Shown piece by piece: positions 1-8,660 of a stretch of DNA of 64,000 nucleotides (positions are counted from its first letter, which is position 1; every line of letters starts with the position of its first letter). Under the pieces are notes generated by a model, which ran no database searches, was not told the origin of the DNA, and saw only the letters and a list, made by a program, of their open reading frames with translations. The position numbers and the translations under genes are program-made. Source of the stretch: Acidimicrobiales bacterium (GTDB lineage Bacteria > Actinomycetota > Acidimicrobiia > Acidimicrobiales > SHLQ01); NCBI GenBank assembly GCA_020628865.1, contig JAHDEJ010000017.1:1534-65533 (forward strand), given 5' to 3'.

Positions 1-2
1 CC

Positions 3-191
3 GTGTGGCCGGATGGCGACCAGCAGATGCAGGCCCACGTGGACATCGATGTGCCGGACCTCGATGTGGCCGAGGCCGCAGTGATGGAGCTGGGTGCCGT
101 GAAGCACGAGGTGCAGCCGTACCCATCGAGTTTCCGCGTGTTCCTCGATCCGGCCGGCCATCCGTTCTGCCTGGTGCGGGAGAAAGAGTAA
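3..191 (+). CDS. VOC (glyoxalase/bleomycin-resistance fold) family protein, C-terminal fragment; the 5' end lies outside the window
   Basis: The ORF is open at the window edge. The tail HVDIDVPDLDVAEAAVMELGA...FRVFLDPAGHPFCL resembles the last beta-alpha-beta-beta-beta module of VOC proteins (D-P-x-G-x-x-F-x-L ending). Confidence 0.45.
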   Translation: MWPDGDQQMQAHVDIDVPDLDVAEAAVMELGAVKHEVQPYPSSFRVFLDPAGHPFCLVREKE

Positions 192-229
192 GCCGGGAGG
201 ACGGGCCCGGGCTCCGTACAATCGAAGAC

Positions 230-724
230 GTGATCCACGTCGAGTCGACCTCTCCAGCAGACACTGGTGCGCTTGCGGCAACCCTCGCGGAGCGAGCGGA
301 GCCCGGAGACGTGCTCGTGCTGGTGGGCGACCTCGGTGCCGGCAAGACCGCGTTCTCCAAGGCGTACGGCGCGGCGCTCGGCGTGACCGAACCGATGACG
401 AGCCCGACCTTCACGCTCGCCCGGGAGTACCAAGGCCGTCTGCCCCTGCACCACCTCGACGTCTACCGGCTGGAGATGATGTCGGAGGTGCTCGACCTCG
501 ACCTGCCCGACCTGCTCGACAGCGGCGGTGTTGTACTCATCGAGTGGGGCGACGCCATCCTCTCCACACTGCCGGCCGACTTCCTCGAGATTCGATTCAC
601 GTTCGGCGAAGGCGACGACGACCGCCACATCGAACTGCGCCCCGTCGGCGCCCGCTGGTGTGGCCGTGAGGCTGCGCTCGCCGACGCGCTCGGCACGTCG
701 ATCGCCGGCGGTGAACCGTGCTGA
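230..724 (+). CDS. tsaE: tRNA t6A37 biosynthesis ATPase TsaE
   Basis: GTG 230 lies in the frame of ORF 5..724. It has the P-loop GDLGAGKT plus SPTFTL and HLDVYRL motifs. Its stop overlaps the tsaB start, and it sits first in a tsaE-tsaB-rimI-tsaD array. Confidence 0.85.
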   Translation: MIHVESTSPADTGALAATLAERAEPGDVLVLVGDLGAGKTAFSKAYGAALGVTEPMTSPTFTLAREYQGRLPLHHLDVYRLEMMSEVLDLDLPDLLDSGGVVLIEWGDAILSTLPADFLEIRFTFGEGDDDRHIELRPVGARWCGREAALADALGTSIAGGEPC

Positions 725-1416
725 TTCTTGGCATCGAAACCGCTGGTACGCAGGTGGGGGTGGCCATCGCCGGACAGGAAGGTGTGCTGGCCTCGGCCCA
801 CTCCGGCCGAGACCGTCGCCATGCCGAATCGCTCACGCCGATGATCGAGTTCGTGGCGAGTCAGGCGCGCATCGAGCTGAAAGACGTCTCGGCAGTCGCC
901 GTCGACATCGGTCCCGGTCTGTTCACCGGGCTGCGCGTCGGCCTTGCGAGCGCAATGGCGATCGCTCATGCGCTTGGTGTGCAGATGATCGGGGTCTCCA
1001 GTCTGGATCTGCTGGCCTTCTCGTCCCGCCACTCCTCCCGTCGAATCGTCACCTGCATGGACGCGCGGCGCAACGAGGTCTTCACCGCCGACTATCGGGC
1101 GGTTCCCGGCGGAGTCCAACGCATCACCGAACCAATGGTGGCGTCCCCGGCCGAGCTCCGGGGCGAGCTCGTCGCCCTCAAGGATGACGTACTGCTCGTC
1201 GGCGATGGTGCGCTTCGGTACGCCGACGAGTTCGGATCGATCGAACACGTCGAACTCGCAGGCCCAGACGTGGCCCACCCGTCGGCCCGGTCGCTGGTCG
1301 ACATCGCTCATCACAAGGCTGTTCGCGAAGAGTTCGTTCCGGCGAACGAGCTCGAACCGATGTACCTCCGGTTGCCAGATGCCGAGATCAATTGGAAGAC
1401 CCGCAACGATGGCTGA
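718..1416 (+). CDS. tsaB: tRNA t6A37 biosynthesis protein TsaB (YeaZ-like)
   Basis: The N-terminus LILGIETAGTQVGVAI is typical of the ASKHA-fold YeaZ family. It lies between tsaE and rimI, and its end overlaps the rimI start. Confidence 0.85.
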   Translation: MLILGIETAGTQVGVAIAGQEGVLASAHSGRDRRHAESLTPMIEFVASQARIELKDVSAVAVDIGPGLFTGLRVGLASAMAIAHALGVQMIGVSSLDLLAFSSRHSSRRIVTCMDARRNEVFTADYRAVPGGVQRITEPMVASPAELRGELVALKDDVLLVGDGALRYADEFGSIEHVELAGPDVAHPSARSLVDIAHHKAVREEFVPANELEPMYLRLPDAEINWKTRNDG

Positions 1417-1981
1417 CGTCGCATCGCCGACCTCCGAGCCAGTCGTTTCGGCGGAGCGGCTCGCCATCCGCGCTGCAGAAGCACGGGATGTGCACGCCAT
1501 CATGGCGATCGATCGGCACGCCTATCCCACGCCATGGTCCCGGCGAATGACGATCGATCAGGTGACCGGCAGCAACCGCACGCACCTGGTCCTGGAGAAG
1601 AACCACGAGGTCGTCGGGCACGCCGGCGTGTTGTTCATGGCCGGCGAAGCACACGTGAGCACGATTGCCTTGGCGCCGGAGGTGCACCGCCGCGGCCACG
1701 GCTTCGACCTGCTGCTTGCGCTCGTGCGTGCGTCCCTCGCCGCCGGCTGCCACGCACTCACCCTCGAGGTGCGGGCCACCAACAAGACTGCACTTGCCCT
1801 GTACCGCCGTTTCAGCCTGGCCCCGGCCGGCATCCGCCGCGGCTACTACGGCGACAACGGTGAAGACGCCCTCGTGTTGTGGAGCCCCGAGTTCTCGGGC
1901 GACTACCTCGACCGCATATCGGCGATGCGCTACGTCCACGAGTTGGACGTACCCCATCAATTGGAGAACCCATGGGACTGA
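1409..1981 (+). CDS. rimI: ribosomal-protein-alanine N-acetyltransferase RimI (GNAT)
   Basis: ATG 1409 lies inside ORF 1184..1981. The GNAT acetyl-CoA motif is present (VHRRGHGFDLL, R-x-x-G-x-G). The gene occupies the conserved position between tsaB and tsaD. Confidence 0.8.
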   Translation: MADVASPTSEPVVSAERLAIRAAEARDVHAIMAIDRHAYPTPWSRRMTIDQVTGSNRTHLVLEKNHEVVGHAGVLFMAGEAHVSTIALAPEVHRRGHGFDLLLALVRASLAAGCHALTLEVRATNKTALALYRRFSLAPAGIRRGYYGDNGEDALVLWSPEFSGDYLDRISAMRYVHELDVPHQLENPWD

Positions 1982-2970
1982 TCCTCGCCATCGAAACGTC
2001 CTGCGACGAGACCGCCGCTTCGGTCGTCGAGTCCGGCACCAACGTGCTGTCCTCGGTCGTCTCGAGCCAGATCGACATCCATGCCCGGTACGGCGGGGTC
2101 GTGCCCGAGGTGGCGAGCCGCGCACACGTCGAGATGCTGACCCCGGTCATCGCCCAGGCGATGGTTGAAGCTGGCATCGAACCGGACGAGCTCACGGCGG
2201 TTGCGGCGACGGTGGGGCCGGGCCTGATCGGGTCGCTGCTGATCGGCGTGAGCGCGGCCAAGTCGTTGGCGCTCGTGTGGGACAAACCGTTCGTGCCGGT
2301 CAATCACCTCGAGGGTCATCTCTACGCGGCCTCACTCGAAGAACCCGACATGCCGATGCCCGTCGTCACGCTGCTCGTGTCCGGCGGCCACACGATGCTC
2401 GTCCTCCAGGAGGGCCACGGCCAGTACCGGCTGCTCGGCGAGACGCTCGACGACGCAGCCGGCGAGGCGTTCGACAAGGTCGCCCGCTACCTCGGCCTCG
2501 GCTATCCGGGAGGCCCCATCATCGATCGCATGGCCGCCGACGGCGACCCCATGGCCATCTCGTTTCCGCGGGCCATGATGAACGACGGCTACGACTTCTC
2601 CTTCAGCGGTTTGAAGACCTCCGTCGTGAACCACGTCCGCAAGAACCCGGATGCAGCCGACGTGGACGTTGCCGCTTCGTTCCAGGAGGCCGTCGTGGAC
2701 GTGCTCGTCACCAAGGCTCGTCGAGCCGTACACGAGTACGGGGCCGAAGCGCTCTGCATCGGCGGTGGCGTTGCCGCGAACTCCGGGCTCCGCGAGCGGG
2801 TGCTCGACGTGTGCGTGGAGGACGGACTTCGCGCACTCATCCCGAGCCGATCGATGTGCACCGACAATGCGGCGATGATCGCCGCAGCGGGATGGTGGCG
2901 CTGGCAGTCCGACGGCGGAGCCAGCCTCGACCACGGTGCCGACTCCAGCCTGCGCCTCCAAACGATCTGA
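1972..2970 (+). CDS. tsaD: tRNA N6-adenosine threonylcarbamoyltransferase TsaD (Kae1/Gcp)
   Basis: ATG 1972 lies in ORF 1879..2970. The product starts MGLILAIETSCDETAASVV and contains HLEGHL, SGGHT and GGVAAN motifs. Confidence 0.95.
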   Translation: MGLILAIETSCDETAASVVESGTNVLSSVVSSQIDIHARYGGVVPEVASRAHVEMLTPVIAQAMVEAGIEPDELTAVAATVGPGLIGSLLIGVSAAKSLALVWDKPFVPVNHLEGHLYAASLEEPDMPMPVVTLLVSGGHTMLVLQEGHGQYRLLGETLDDAAGEAFDKVARYLGLGYPGGPIIDRMAADGDPMAISFPRAMMNDGYDFSFSGLKTSVVNHVRKNPDAADVDVAASFQEAVVDVLVTKARRAVHEYGAEALCIGGGVAANSGLRERVLDVCVEDGLRALIPSRSMCTDNAAMIAAAGWWRWQSDGGASLDHGADSSLRLQTI

Positions 2971-2999
2971 TCTTCCGACCGGCGGAGCCGGGTCAGAAC

Positions 3000-3392
3000 T
3001 CAGTTTTGGTCGAGGGCGGTGATGGCGCGCTTGGGGGCGGTGAGGCGGAACGACTCCTCCAGCAGCTCGGCGACCTCGTCCCAGTCCGTGGCGTCGTCGA
3101 GATCCAGGCCGATCCAACCCGATGGCCCCCAGTACGCCGGCACGAAAACCCGCGCGTCCTGAACCAACGCGTGTCGTTCGTCCTCGGTTACCTGCACGAG
3201 CACGGCCTGCGGGTGTTGCACCCACTCGTTGTCGATCTTGAGCGCACCGCCGTAGATGCAGAACACCTTCTTCGTGAAGAACGCCGGTCGTCCGTGCGAC
3301 ACCTTCTCATCGGCGTCGGGCAGTGCAAGAGCCAATCCCCGAACACGAGCGAGGAACGGATCGTCGTCATCGAACATTTGCTGGTGCGCCAT
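3000..3392 (-). CDS. MmcQ/YjbR-family protein (small DNA-binding-like fold)
   Basis: This 130-aa ORF has a VSHGRPAFFTKKVF...WIGLDL pattern typical of the YjbR/DUF419 family, and GC-rich third codon positions. Confidence 0.55.
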   Translation of the reverse strand: MAHQQMFDDDDPFLARVRGLALALPDADEKVSHGRPAFFTKKVFCIYGGALKIDNEWVQHPQAVLVQVTEDERHALVQDARVFVPAYWGPSGWIGLDLDDATDWDEVAELLEESFRLTAPKRAITALDQN

Positions 3393-3438
3393 GAGTCGAT
3401 CGTAGCGAGCGGGTCCGACGGCACTCCGGCCGTTGCGC

Positions 3439-4836
3439 TCAGATCTGGCGGAAGCCCTTTCGGGTCATCGTTCCCCAGTCGTTGCGCCCGAGCAGCGCGT
3501 CGACCATGCCGACCAGCCGCCACAGCAGGGTGCCCAGGTGCACGACCGTGCTCTCGAACACTGCGTGGATCACGAGCTTGAGGCGGTCCGTGCCGTGCTC
3601 GTACGGATGATTGATGAGTTCGTCGCCGAGCAGGACGAGGAACGTGATGAGCAGGCTGACGAGGTACGCACAGACGACCACGAGGATGACGCCCTCGGTC
3701 GCCGTGCCGTTCGCCAACGCCACGAGGAAGAACAACAACCCGACGAGCTCGAGGATCGGTGCCACGAACTCGACGAGCAGGTAGTACGGCAGGACCACGG
3801 TCCCCGCAGCACCGTAGCGGCGGTTGAAGAGCATCTCCCGATGCCGTTTCAGCACGTCCAGCAGCCCGCGATGCCACCGGCCCCGCTGATTCGCAAGCAC
3901 TTCGATCGTCTCGGGAACCTCCGTCCACGAACAGGGTGTCGTGGTGAAGATGACGTGTGCAGGGCGACCGGTTTCGTAGCCCCGTCGGCGAAGCCGGACG
4001 ACCAACTCCATGTCCTCGGCGATCGTCTCCGGTTCGTAGCCGCCGATTTCGAGAATGCTGTCTCGGTCGAAGAGGCCGAAGGCGCCACTGATGATGATGT
4101 TGCCGCCGAGCTTGTTCCAGCCGAGCCGGCCGACCATGAACGCCCGGACGTACTCGACCGCCTGCGCTCCCGGGAGGATCCGGTTGGGGGCGCTCATCTT
4201 CATGACGCGGCTGTGCTCGATGGTGGCGCCGTTGGCATGTCGAACCATGCCGCCGCTGGCGACCACTCCTTCGCGTTCGATGAACGGCACGGCGAGCTGT
4301 TGCAGCGCCGTCGGCGCGATCAACGTGTCGGCATCGATGAAGCAGATCAGTTCGCCAGACGCAAGGTTGATACCGGCGTTCATCGAGTCGGCCTTCCCGC
4401 CGTTCGCCTTCTCCGCGACGATCAGGTTGGGCTCGGTGCTCGATCGGTAGATCTGACCCATCGTCGCCGTGTCGATCTGGTGTTGGTACACGGAGTGCAC
4501 GGGCACGAGTTCGTACAACCGGTCGAGAACCCCGAGGGTGTCGTCGGTTCCGCCGTCGAGCACGATCACGACCTCGAGGTTCGGATAGTTGAGGCCGAGG
4601 ATGTTCGTGCTCGTCTCACCGATCGTGAGCTCCTCGTTGTACGCCGGTATGACCACGGTGATCTTTGGCGGCACGGTGCTCGACAATGCCCGGTCCCACA
4701 GGTGGTGCTTCTCCCGCTGTTTGATGTGCCGGGCCTCGAGCGTTGCCGAGACGAACAGGACGAGTTGCGTGCCGGCGAGGGCGAGCACGACGAACGTCAA
4801 GAGCGCGGCGCCGGCAAGGCCGAGCATGTCGATCAT
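3439..4836 (-). CDS. processive family-2 glycosyltransferase (PgaC/IcaA/NodC/cellulose-synthase-like exopolysaccharide synthase), polytopic membrane protein
   Basis: It has an N-terminal TM helix, then VVIPAYNEE, VLDGGTDD, FIDADT (DxD), IAEDMEL (ED catalytic motif) and NQRGRWHRG (Q-x-x-R-W), followed by 3-4 C-terminal TM helices. Its start overlaps the stop of the upstream HEAT gene. Confidence 0.85.
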   Translation of the reverse strand: MIDMLGLAGAALLTFVVLALAGTQLVLFVSATLEARHIKQREKHHLWDRALSSTVPPKITVVIPAYNEELTIGETSTNILGLNYPNLEVVIVLDGGTDDTLGVLDRLYELVPVHSVYQHQIDTATMGQIYRSSTEPNLIVAEKANGGKADSMNAGINLASGELICFIDADTLIAPTALQQLAVPFIEREGVVASGGMVRHANGATIEHSRVMKMSAPNRILPGAQAVEYVRAFMVGRLGWNKLGGNIIISGAFGLFDRDSILEIGGYEPETIAEDMELVVRLRRRGYETGRPAHVIFTTTPCSWTEVPETIEVLANQRGRWHRGLLDVLKRHREMLFNRRYGAAGTVVLPYYLLVEFVAPILELVGLLFFLVALANGTATEGVILVVVCAYLVSLLITFLVLLGDELINHPYEHGTDRLKLVIHAVFESTVVHLGTLLWRLVGMVDALLGRNDWGTMTRKGFRQI

Positions 4837-5918
4837 GCGACCGCCTCCGCGTCGAGCTCGAACAGGTCTTCCGCGTCGAGGGGCGGCGGCTGACGAAGTC
4901 GCACCGCCGCCGCGTGAAGCACCTGACGCGCCATGTCGCGTGCAAACGGATCGTCCGCCGTGAGCGATCGCCGGAGTACCAGCGTGCCGACCGGGCCGAG
5001 CTGGTCGAGGGCGAGTCCGGCGCTGCGACGCACGTCCCAGGAGCGGTCGCCGAGCAGTGCACCGAGCGTGGGGGCGTGGCTCGTGGCACCGATGTAGCCG
5101 GTCGAGATCGCCGCCTGCGCCCGCACGGCCTCCGAATCGTCCGTCAGGAGGATCCCGAGGATCTGGCCGGCCGCCCGCGTTGCCGACAAGCCGAGACCTC
5201 GCGCCACGAGCACACGGGTCGATGCATCGGCCGCACCGAGCCGCGCGTTCAACATCGCCTGAATGCCGGGGTCGGGAATCCGAGACGCAACTTCGAGCGC
5301 TCGCTGGGTTCCCGCACGGCTCTGATCGCCCAGATACGCCTCGAGTAGATGGAGGGACTTGGGTTCGCTCCGAATGAGTGCGCTCTGCGCGGCCTGATGC
5401 ACCGGGCGTTCCGGGGAGTCGAGGGCAACGAGCACGAGGTCATACCAACGGTGCAACGCGTCACTCGTCAGGCCGGCGACCGCGTAGGCCCGAACCATCG
5501 GATGGGAGTCTCGCAGGAGGGTCCGTTGCACGCTCGACGAAGCCGGTAGCAGATGGAGGAGTTGGCTGGCTCGCATGCGCTTGCGCCACTTTCGACTCCT
5601 GCTCAGCCGTCGGATGTCGCGGTCCAGACCGAACGCGTCGACCAACTGGAGCGCCCGGTCGAATGCGGTGCCTTCGACGTCGTATGCGAGCGACTGCAGT
5701 GAGCCGAGGAGCAGTCGCCGAGGAGTGTTGTGGTGGGCTCGGACCTGTGCCGGCGTCGGCGGTGTGGCGGCCATGAGGAGGGCCACGAGCTGGCGCTGGA
5801 CCTGATCCAGCCGCTGCTCGCGTCGCTTGCGCAGGAAGTCCCGGATGTCTCCGCCCAGAACGAAGGTGCCGGCCGCGGCGACATTCGCAACGACGAGGAC
5901 CATTGCAAGGGTCCTCAT
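4833..5918 (-). CDS. membrane-anchored HEAT-repeat protein
   Basis: It has an N-terminal hydrophobic anchor (LAMVLVVANVAAAGTFVL). Repeated HEAT-like units follow (DSHPMVRAYAVAGL, DDSEAVRAQAAISTG, DRSWDVRRSAGLALDQLG). Start and stop overlap the neighbouring genes on both sides. Confidence 0.65.
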   Translation of the reverse strand: MRTLAMVLVVANVAAAGTFVLGGDIRDFLRKRREQRLDQVQRQLVALLMAATPPTPAQVRAHHNTPRRLLLGSLQSLAYDVEGTAFDRALQLVDAFGLDRDIRRLSRSRKWRKRMRASQLLHLLPASSSVQRTLLRDSHPMVRAYAVAGLTSDALHRWYDLVLVALDSPERPVHQAAQSALIRSEPKSLHLLEAYLGDQSRAGTQRALEVASRIPDPGIQAMLNARLGAADASTRVLVARGLGLSATRAAGQILGILLTDDSEAVRAQAAISTGYIGATSHAPTLGALLGDRSWDVRRSAGLALDQLGPVGTLVLRRSLTADDPFARDMARQVLHAAAVRLRQPPPLDAEDLFELDAEAVA

Positions 5919-7867
5919 GACGGTCCGTCGGCGCGGGCGATCATCTGGTCGACTCGGTGCGCCAGCACGAGTGGCACGAACGGCTTCCGAATCGAATCCA
6001 CTGCGCCGAGTTCGTACGCCGTGCGAAGTTCGAACTCATCGGAACGAGAGGCCAGCATCAGCACCTGCAATCGACCCATCAGACCGTTCGAGCGAAGCTG
6101 CCGCAGCAGGCGGATGCCGTCGAGACCGTCGAGATCGAACTCGAGGAGGATCGCCCGCGGCAGGGGAGGGCGATCCTGGTTGACGAGGCGAGCCAGCGCT
6201 TCGATGCCGTTCGAGACCTCGGCAACGGTCAGATCCCGCTCCTCGAGCACTGTCCGCATCACGGCCCGGTGGGCGGCGTCGGGATCGATGATGAGGACGT
6301 CGGCTCCGGCGGTTGCGCTGCTGACCCAATCGCTCGCTGCGACCCGTGGTCCCCGGCTCCGCTTGGTGCGCAGAATCGTCGCACCGGCCGAGTCCAAAAG
6401 CGCGTCGACCGTCCGGCCATCGGCCGGGAACTCGGAGATGCCCACGCGGGTGCGGTCCACGTCGAGGCCGACCCGATCCACCAGGGAGGCAAAGCGTTTC
6501 ACGGCGACGTTCCGGGGAAGACCGGGAAGCAGGACGACGGCCTCGCGTTCGTTGAAGCGGCCCACGATGTCTTCGCGACGGAACTCGGAGATGAGGCCCG
6601 GCATCGCTGCGTTCAGTTCCTCCGTGGTCACGCTGTCGTCGATGGTCAGACGGGCGAGGCTTGCTCGGTGTCCGCTGCGGCCCTGCCGACCGAGCAGGCG
6701 CTCGGCCAACAGCTGTACCGAGGTCCAGCTCAGCGTCGCCGCTCGAGCATCGGAGGTGTCGACGTCCGACGTTCGACGGTGGCGTCGCACGCCAGCCATC
6801 ACGGCAGCCACGATCTCGTCGTCCTCGATGTCGGGCGGAAGGGTCATGTCGGCGCCGCTGCGCAACAGCTCGATTCGCTGGCTCACTCGAAGCTGGTAGC
6901 TGGGGATCACGGCAACACGAAGCGAACGGAAGTCCTCGTTTGTCCGCAGGAGGGTTGCGACGGCGAGCGCTTCGTCGTGCGGAATCCGATCGAGCAGCAC
7001 GGAGACGACGCCGAGTTCCCTGGCTGCGTCGGCGACCGCTGGCGCACCGATGCTGATGTGGCAGTGTTCGAATTCGGCGCTTCGATGCGGCAGTTCACGA
7101 GGCTCGGCCGAGCCCGACACCACCAGAACCCGCGGCGGCCGCTGGGCGTGCACGACGGACACGAGGACCTGCTCGGCCGCCGCGCCCGGATCGTCGGTGT
7201 CGAGGGTGGCGTGAATGTGCCGACGAGCGTCGGTGGAGAGGTCCTCCTCGTCCGACACCACCGCGAAGATCAGTGCATCGCTGCGCCGGGCTCGGGCCTC
7301 GGCGAGGATGGCGCTCGCCTGTGAACGCTCGCCTCGTGCGATTGCGACGAGCAGGGCGTCCGCAGGACCCTCGGGTTCGACGCCTGGGTCCTCGATTCGC
7401 AGCCCGACGCCACGCAGCGCCAACGACAGCGCGATCGTGTCCAACTCAGCCGTCGGGGTTCCCGTCACCACGGCAACCCGCTCGGGGGCCGCCGCCGTCG
7501 TGAGACCGGCTTCGGTGTCGGCCAGCGCGATCCGGAGGTCCTCGAGGGCCCGGGCCGCGTGCAGCGCCGGCGACCGGGTTTCCGTCTCTCCTGCGCACAG
7601 TCGTTGCACGTCCCGTACCAGTTCGGCGCCGACCGCGAGCCCGAGCTGGCTCAGACGCCTCGCCAATCCGTTGCAGGATTGCGTGACCTCTTCGACCTCC
7701 ACGTGCGTGAGGGGCCGCTCGAGCATGGCCGCGACGGGGCCCTCGATCACATGGAGAGACCGTTCGAGCCGCCGATGCATTCGCCGCCACACGATGTCCG
7801 TCTCGTCGTGTGGTTGCGGTGTGTCAGTGGTCCGCCGGTCGATCAGGGTCGATTCGACACTGGACAC
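5915..7867 (-). CDS. multidomain signalling protein: weak HPt-like segment, two pseudo-receiver modules, a degenerate GGDEF domain (NEREA with RxxD retained) and a C-terminal canonical receiver
   Basis: The C-terminal REC is intact (IIDPD, LLEFDLDGLDG, MLAS, IRKPF). The GGDEF-like segment FRREDIVGRFNEREAVVLLPG aligns to R-x-x-D-x5-GG(D/E)EF-x-x-x-x-P. The start is taken at GTG 7867 (TTG 7876 is also possible), because the longer ORF to 8116 overlaps the upstream peptidase gene. Confidence 0.7.
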   Translation of the reverse strand: MSSVESTLIDRRTTDTPQPHDETDIVWRRMHRRLERSLHVIEGPVAAMLERPLTHVEVEEVTQSCNGLARRLSQLGLAVGAELVRDVQRLCAGETETRSPALHAARALEDLRIALADTEAGLTTAAAPERVAVVTGTPTAELDTIALSLALRGVGLRIEDPGVEPEGPADALLVAIARGERSQASAILAEARARRSDALIFAVVSDEEDLSTDARRHIHATLDTDDPGAAAEQVLVSVVHAQRPPRVLVVSGSAEPRELPHRSAEFEHCHISIGAPAVADAARELGVVSVLLDRIPHDEALAVATLLRTNEDFRSLRVAVIPSYQLRVSQRIELLRSGADMTLPPDIEDDEIVAAVMAGVRRHRRTSDVDTSDARAATLSWTSVQLLAERLLGRQGRSGHRASLARLTIDDSVTTEELNAAMPGLISEFRREDIVGRFNEREAVVLLPGLPRNVAVKRFASLVDRVGLDVDRTRVGISEFPADGRTVDALLDSAGATILRTKRSRGPRVAASDWVSSATAGADVLIIDPDAAHRAVMRTVLEERDLTVAEVSNGIEALARLVNQDRPPLPRAILLEFDLDGLDGIRLLRQLRSNGLMGRLQVLMLASRSDEFELRTAYELGAVDSIRKPFVPLVLAHRVDQMIARADGPS

Positions 7868-7913
7868 AATGATCAATGTCGGTGCGTGCCGGCGCCGCCT
7901 TGAGCCCGGTGGG

Positions 7914-8597
7914 TCAGATGATCCAGCGACCCCGACTACGGGCAAACAGCATGGCGAAGTAGGCGATGCTCGTCGCCGCCGCCGCAACGTAGGTGAGCGC
8001 GGCGGCTCGGAGCACTGCTTCGACGCCGTCCCGCTGGGCCGGGTCGGACAAGCCGAGACGTTCGAGGCTGTCGAGCGCACGTCGGCTCGCGTTGAACTCG
8101 ACCGGCAGGGTCGCAAGCTGGAAGATCGTCATACCGGCGAGCAGGAGGGCGCCCACCTGCAGGATCGTCTCGCTCCCGGTGAGGAATCCGGCGATCACGA
8201 CCATCGGCCCGAACCGTGCACCGAGCGCCGCCAACGGCACGAGGAACCGACGGAGGCGAAGGCGCAGGTCGTTCGATGCGTCCTGGAGCGCATGGCCGGC
8301 TTCGTGCGCCGACACCGCCATCGCCGCCACACTCGTCGTCCCCCAGTTCGATTTCGAGAGTCGAAGGATGTCCTTCTGCGGGTCGTAGTGGTCGGTCAGT
8401 TTTCCTCGGACCTGCTGCAGCTCAACGCCTTCGACGCCGTGGTCCTGCAGGATCGCCGCCGCCGTCTGGGCCCCGGTCACCCGGTACTGATTCTCGACTC
8501 GACTCCACTTCTTGTAGGTTCGCTGGAGCCACCACTTCACGAGGTAGGAACCACCAAAGGCCAGCCCCGCCAGGAGATATGCCATTCCGGTACTCAT
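7914..8597 (-). CDS. membrane zinc metallopeptidase (YugP/Zn_peptidase_2-like)
   Basis: This 227-aa ORF has a HEAGHA zinc motif, an N-terminal TM helix and two C-terminal TM helices. Confidence 0.8.
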   Translation of the reverse strand: MSTGMAYLLAGLAFGGSYLVKWWLQRTYKKWSRVENQYRVTGAQTAAAILQDHGVEGVELQQVRGKLTDHYDPQKDILRLSKSNWGTTSVAAMAVSAHEAGHALQDASNDLRLRLRRFLVPLAALGARFGPMVVIAGFLTGSETILQVGALLLAGMTIFQLATLPVEFNASRRALDSLERLGLSDPAQRDGVEAVLRAAALTYVAAAATSIAYFAMLFARSRGRWII

Positions 8598-8660
8598 GGG
8601 GCGAGACTATGTCCCGCGGGCTGCGCCCTCCAAGGCTCGGGCCTCCGGTACGTTCGTGCC

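Noticed and set aside
7868-8116. The longer start (8116) for the REC/GGDEF-like gene.
   Set aside because: It would overlap the upstream peptidase gene by about 200 nt in another frame, and it encodes Arg/Ser/Pro-rich sequence. GTG 7867 or TTG 7876, just downstream of the peptidase stop, is more plausible.
7215-8660. The first 480 codons of the 719-aa ORF 7215..9374.
   Set aside because: They are antisense to the REC/GGDEF-like gene and the Zn peptidase gene, and the product is Ser/Arg-rich low-complexity sequence. Only the META-domain part from ATG 8661 looks genuine.
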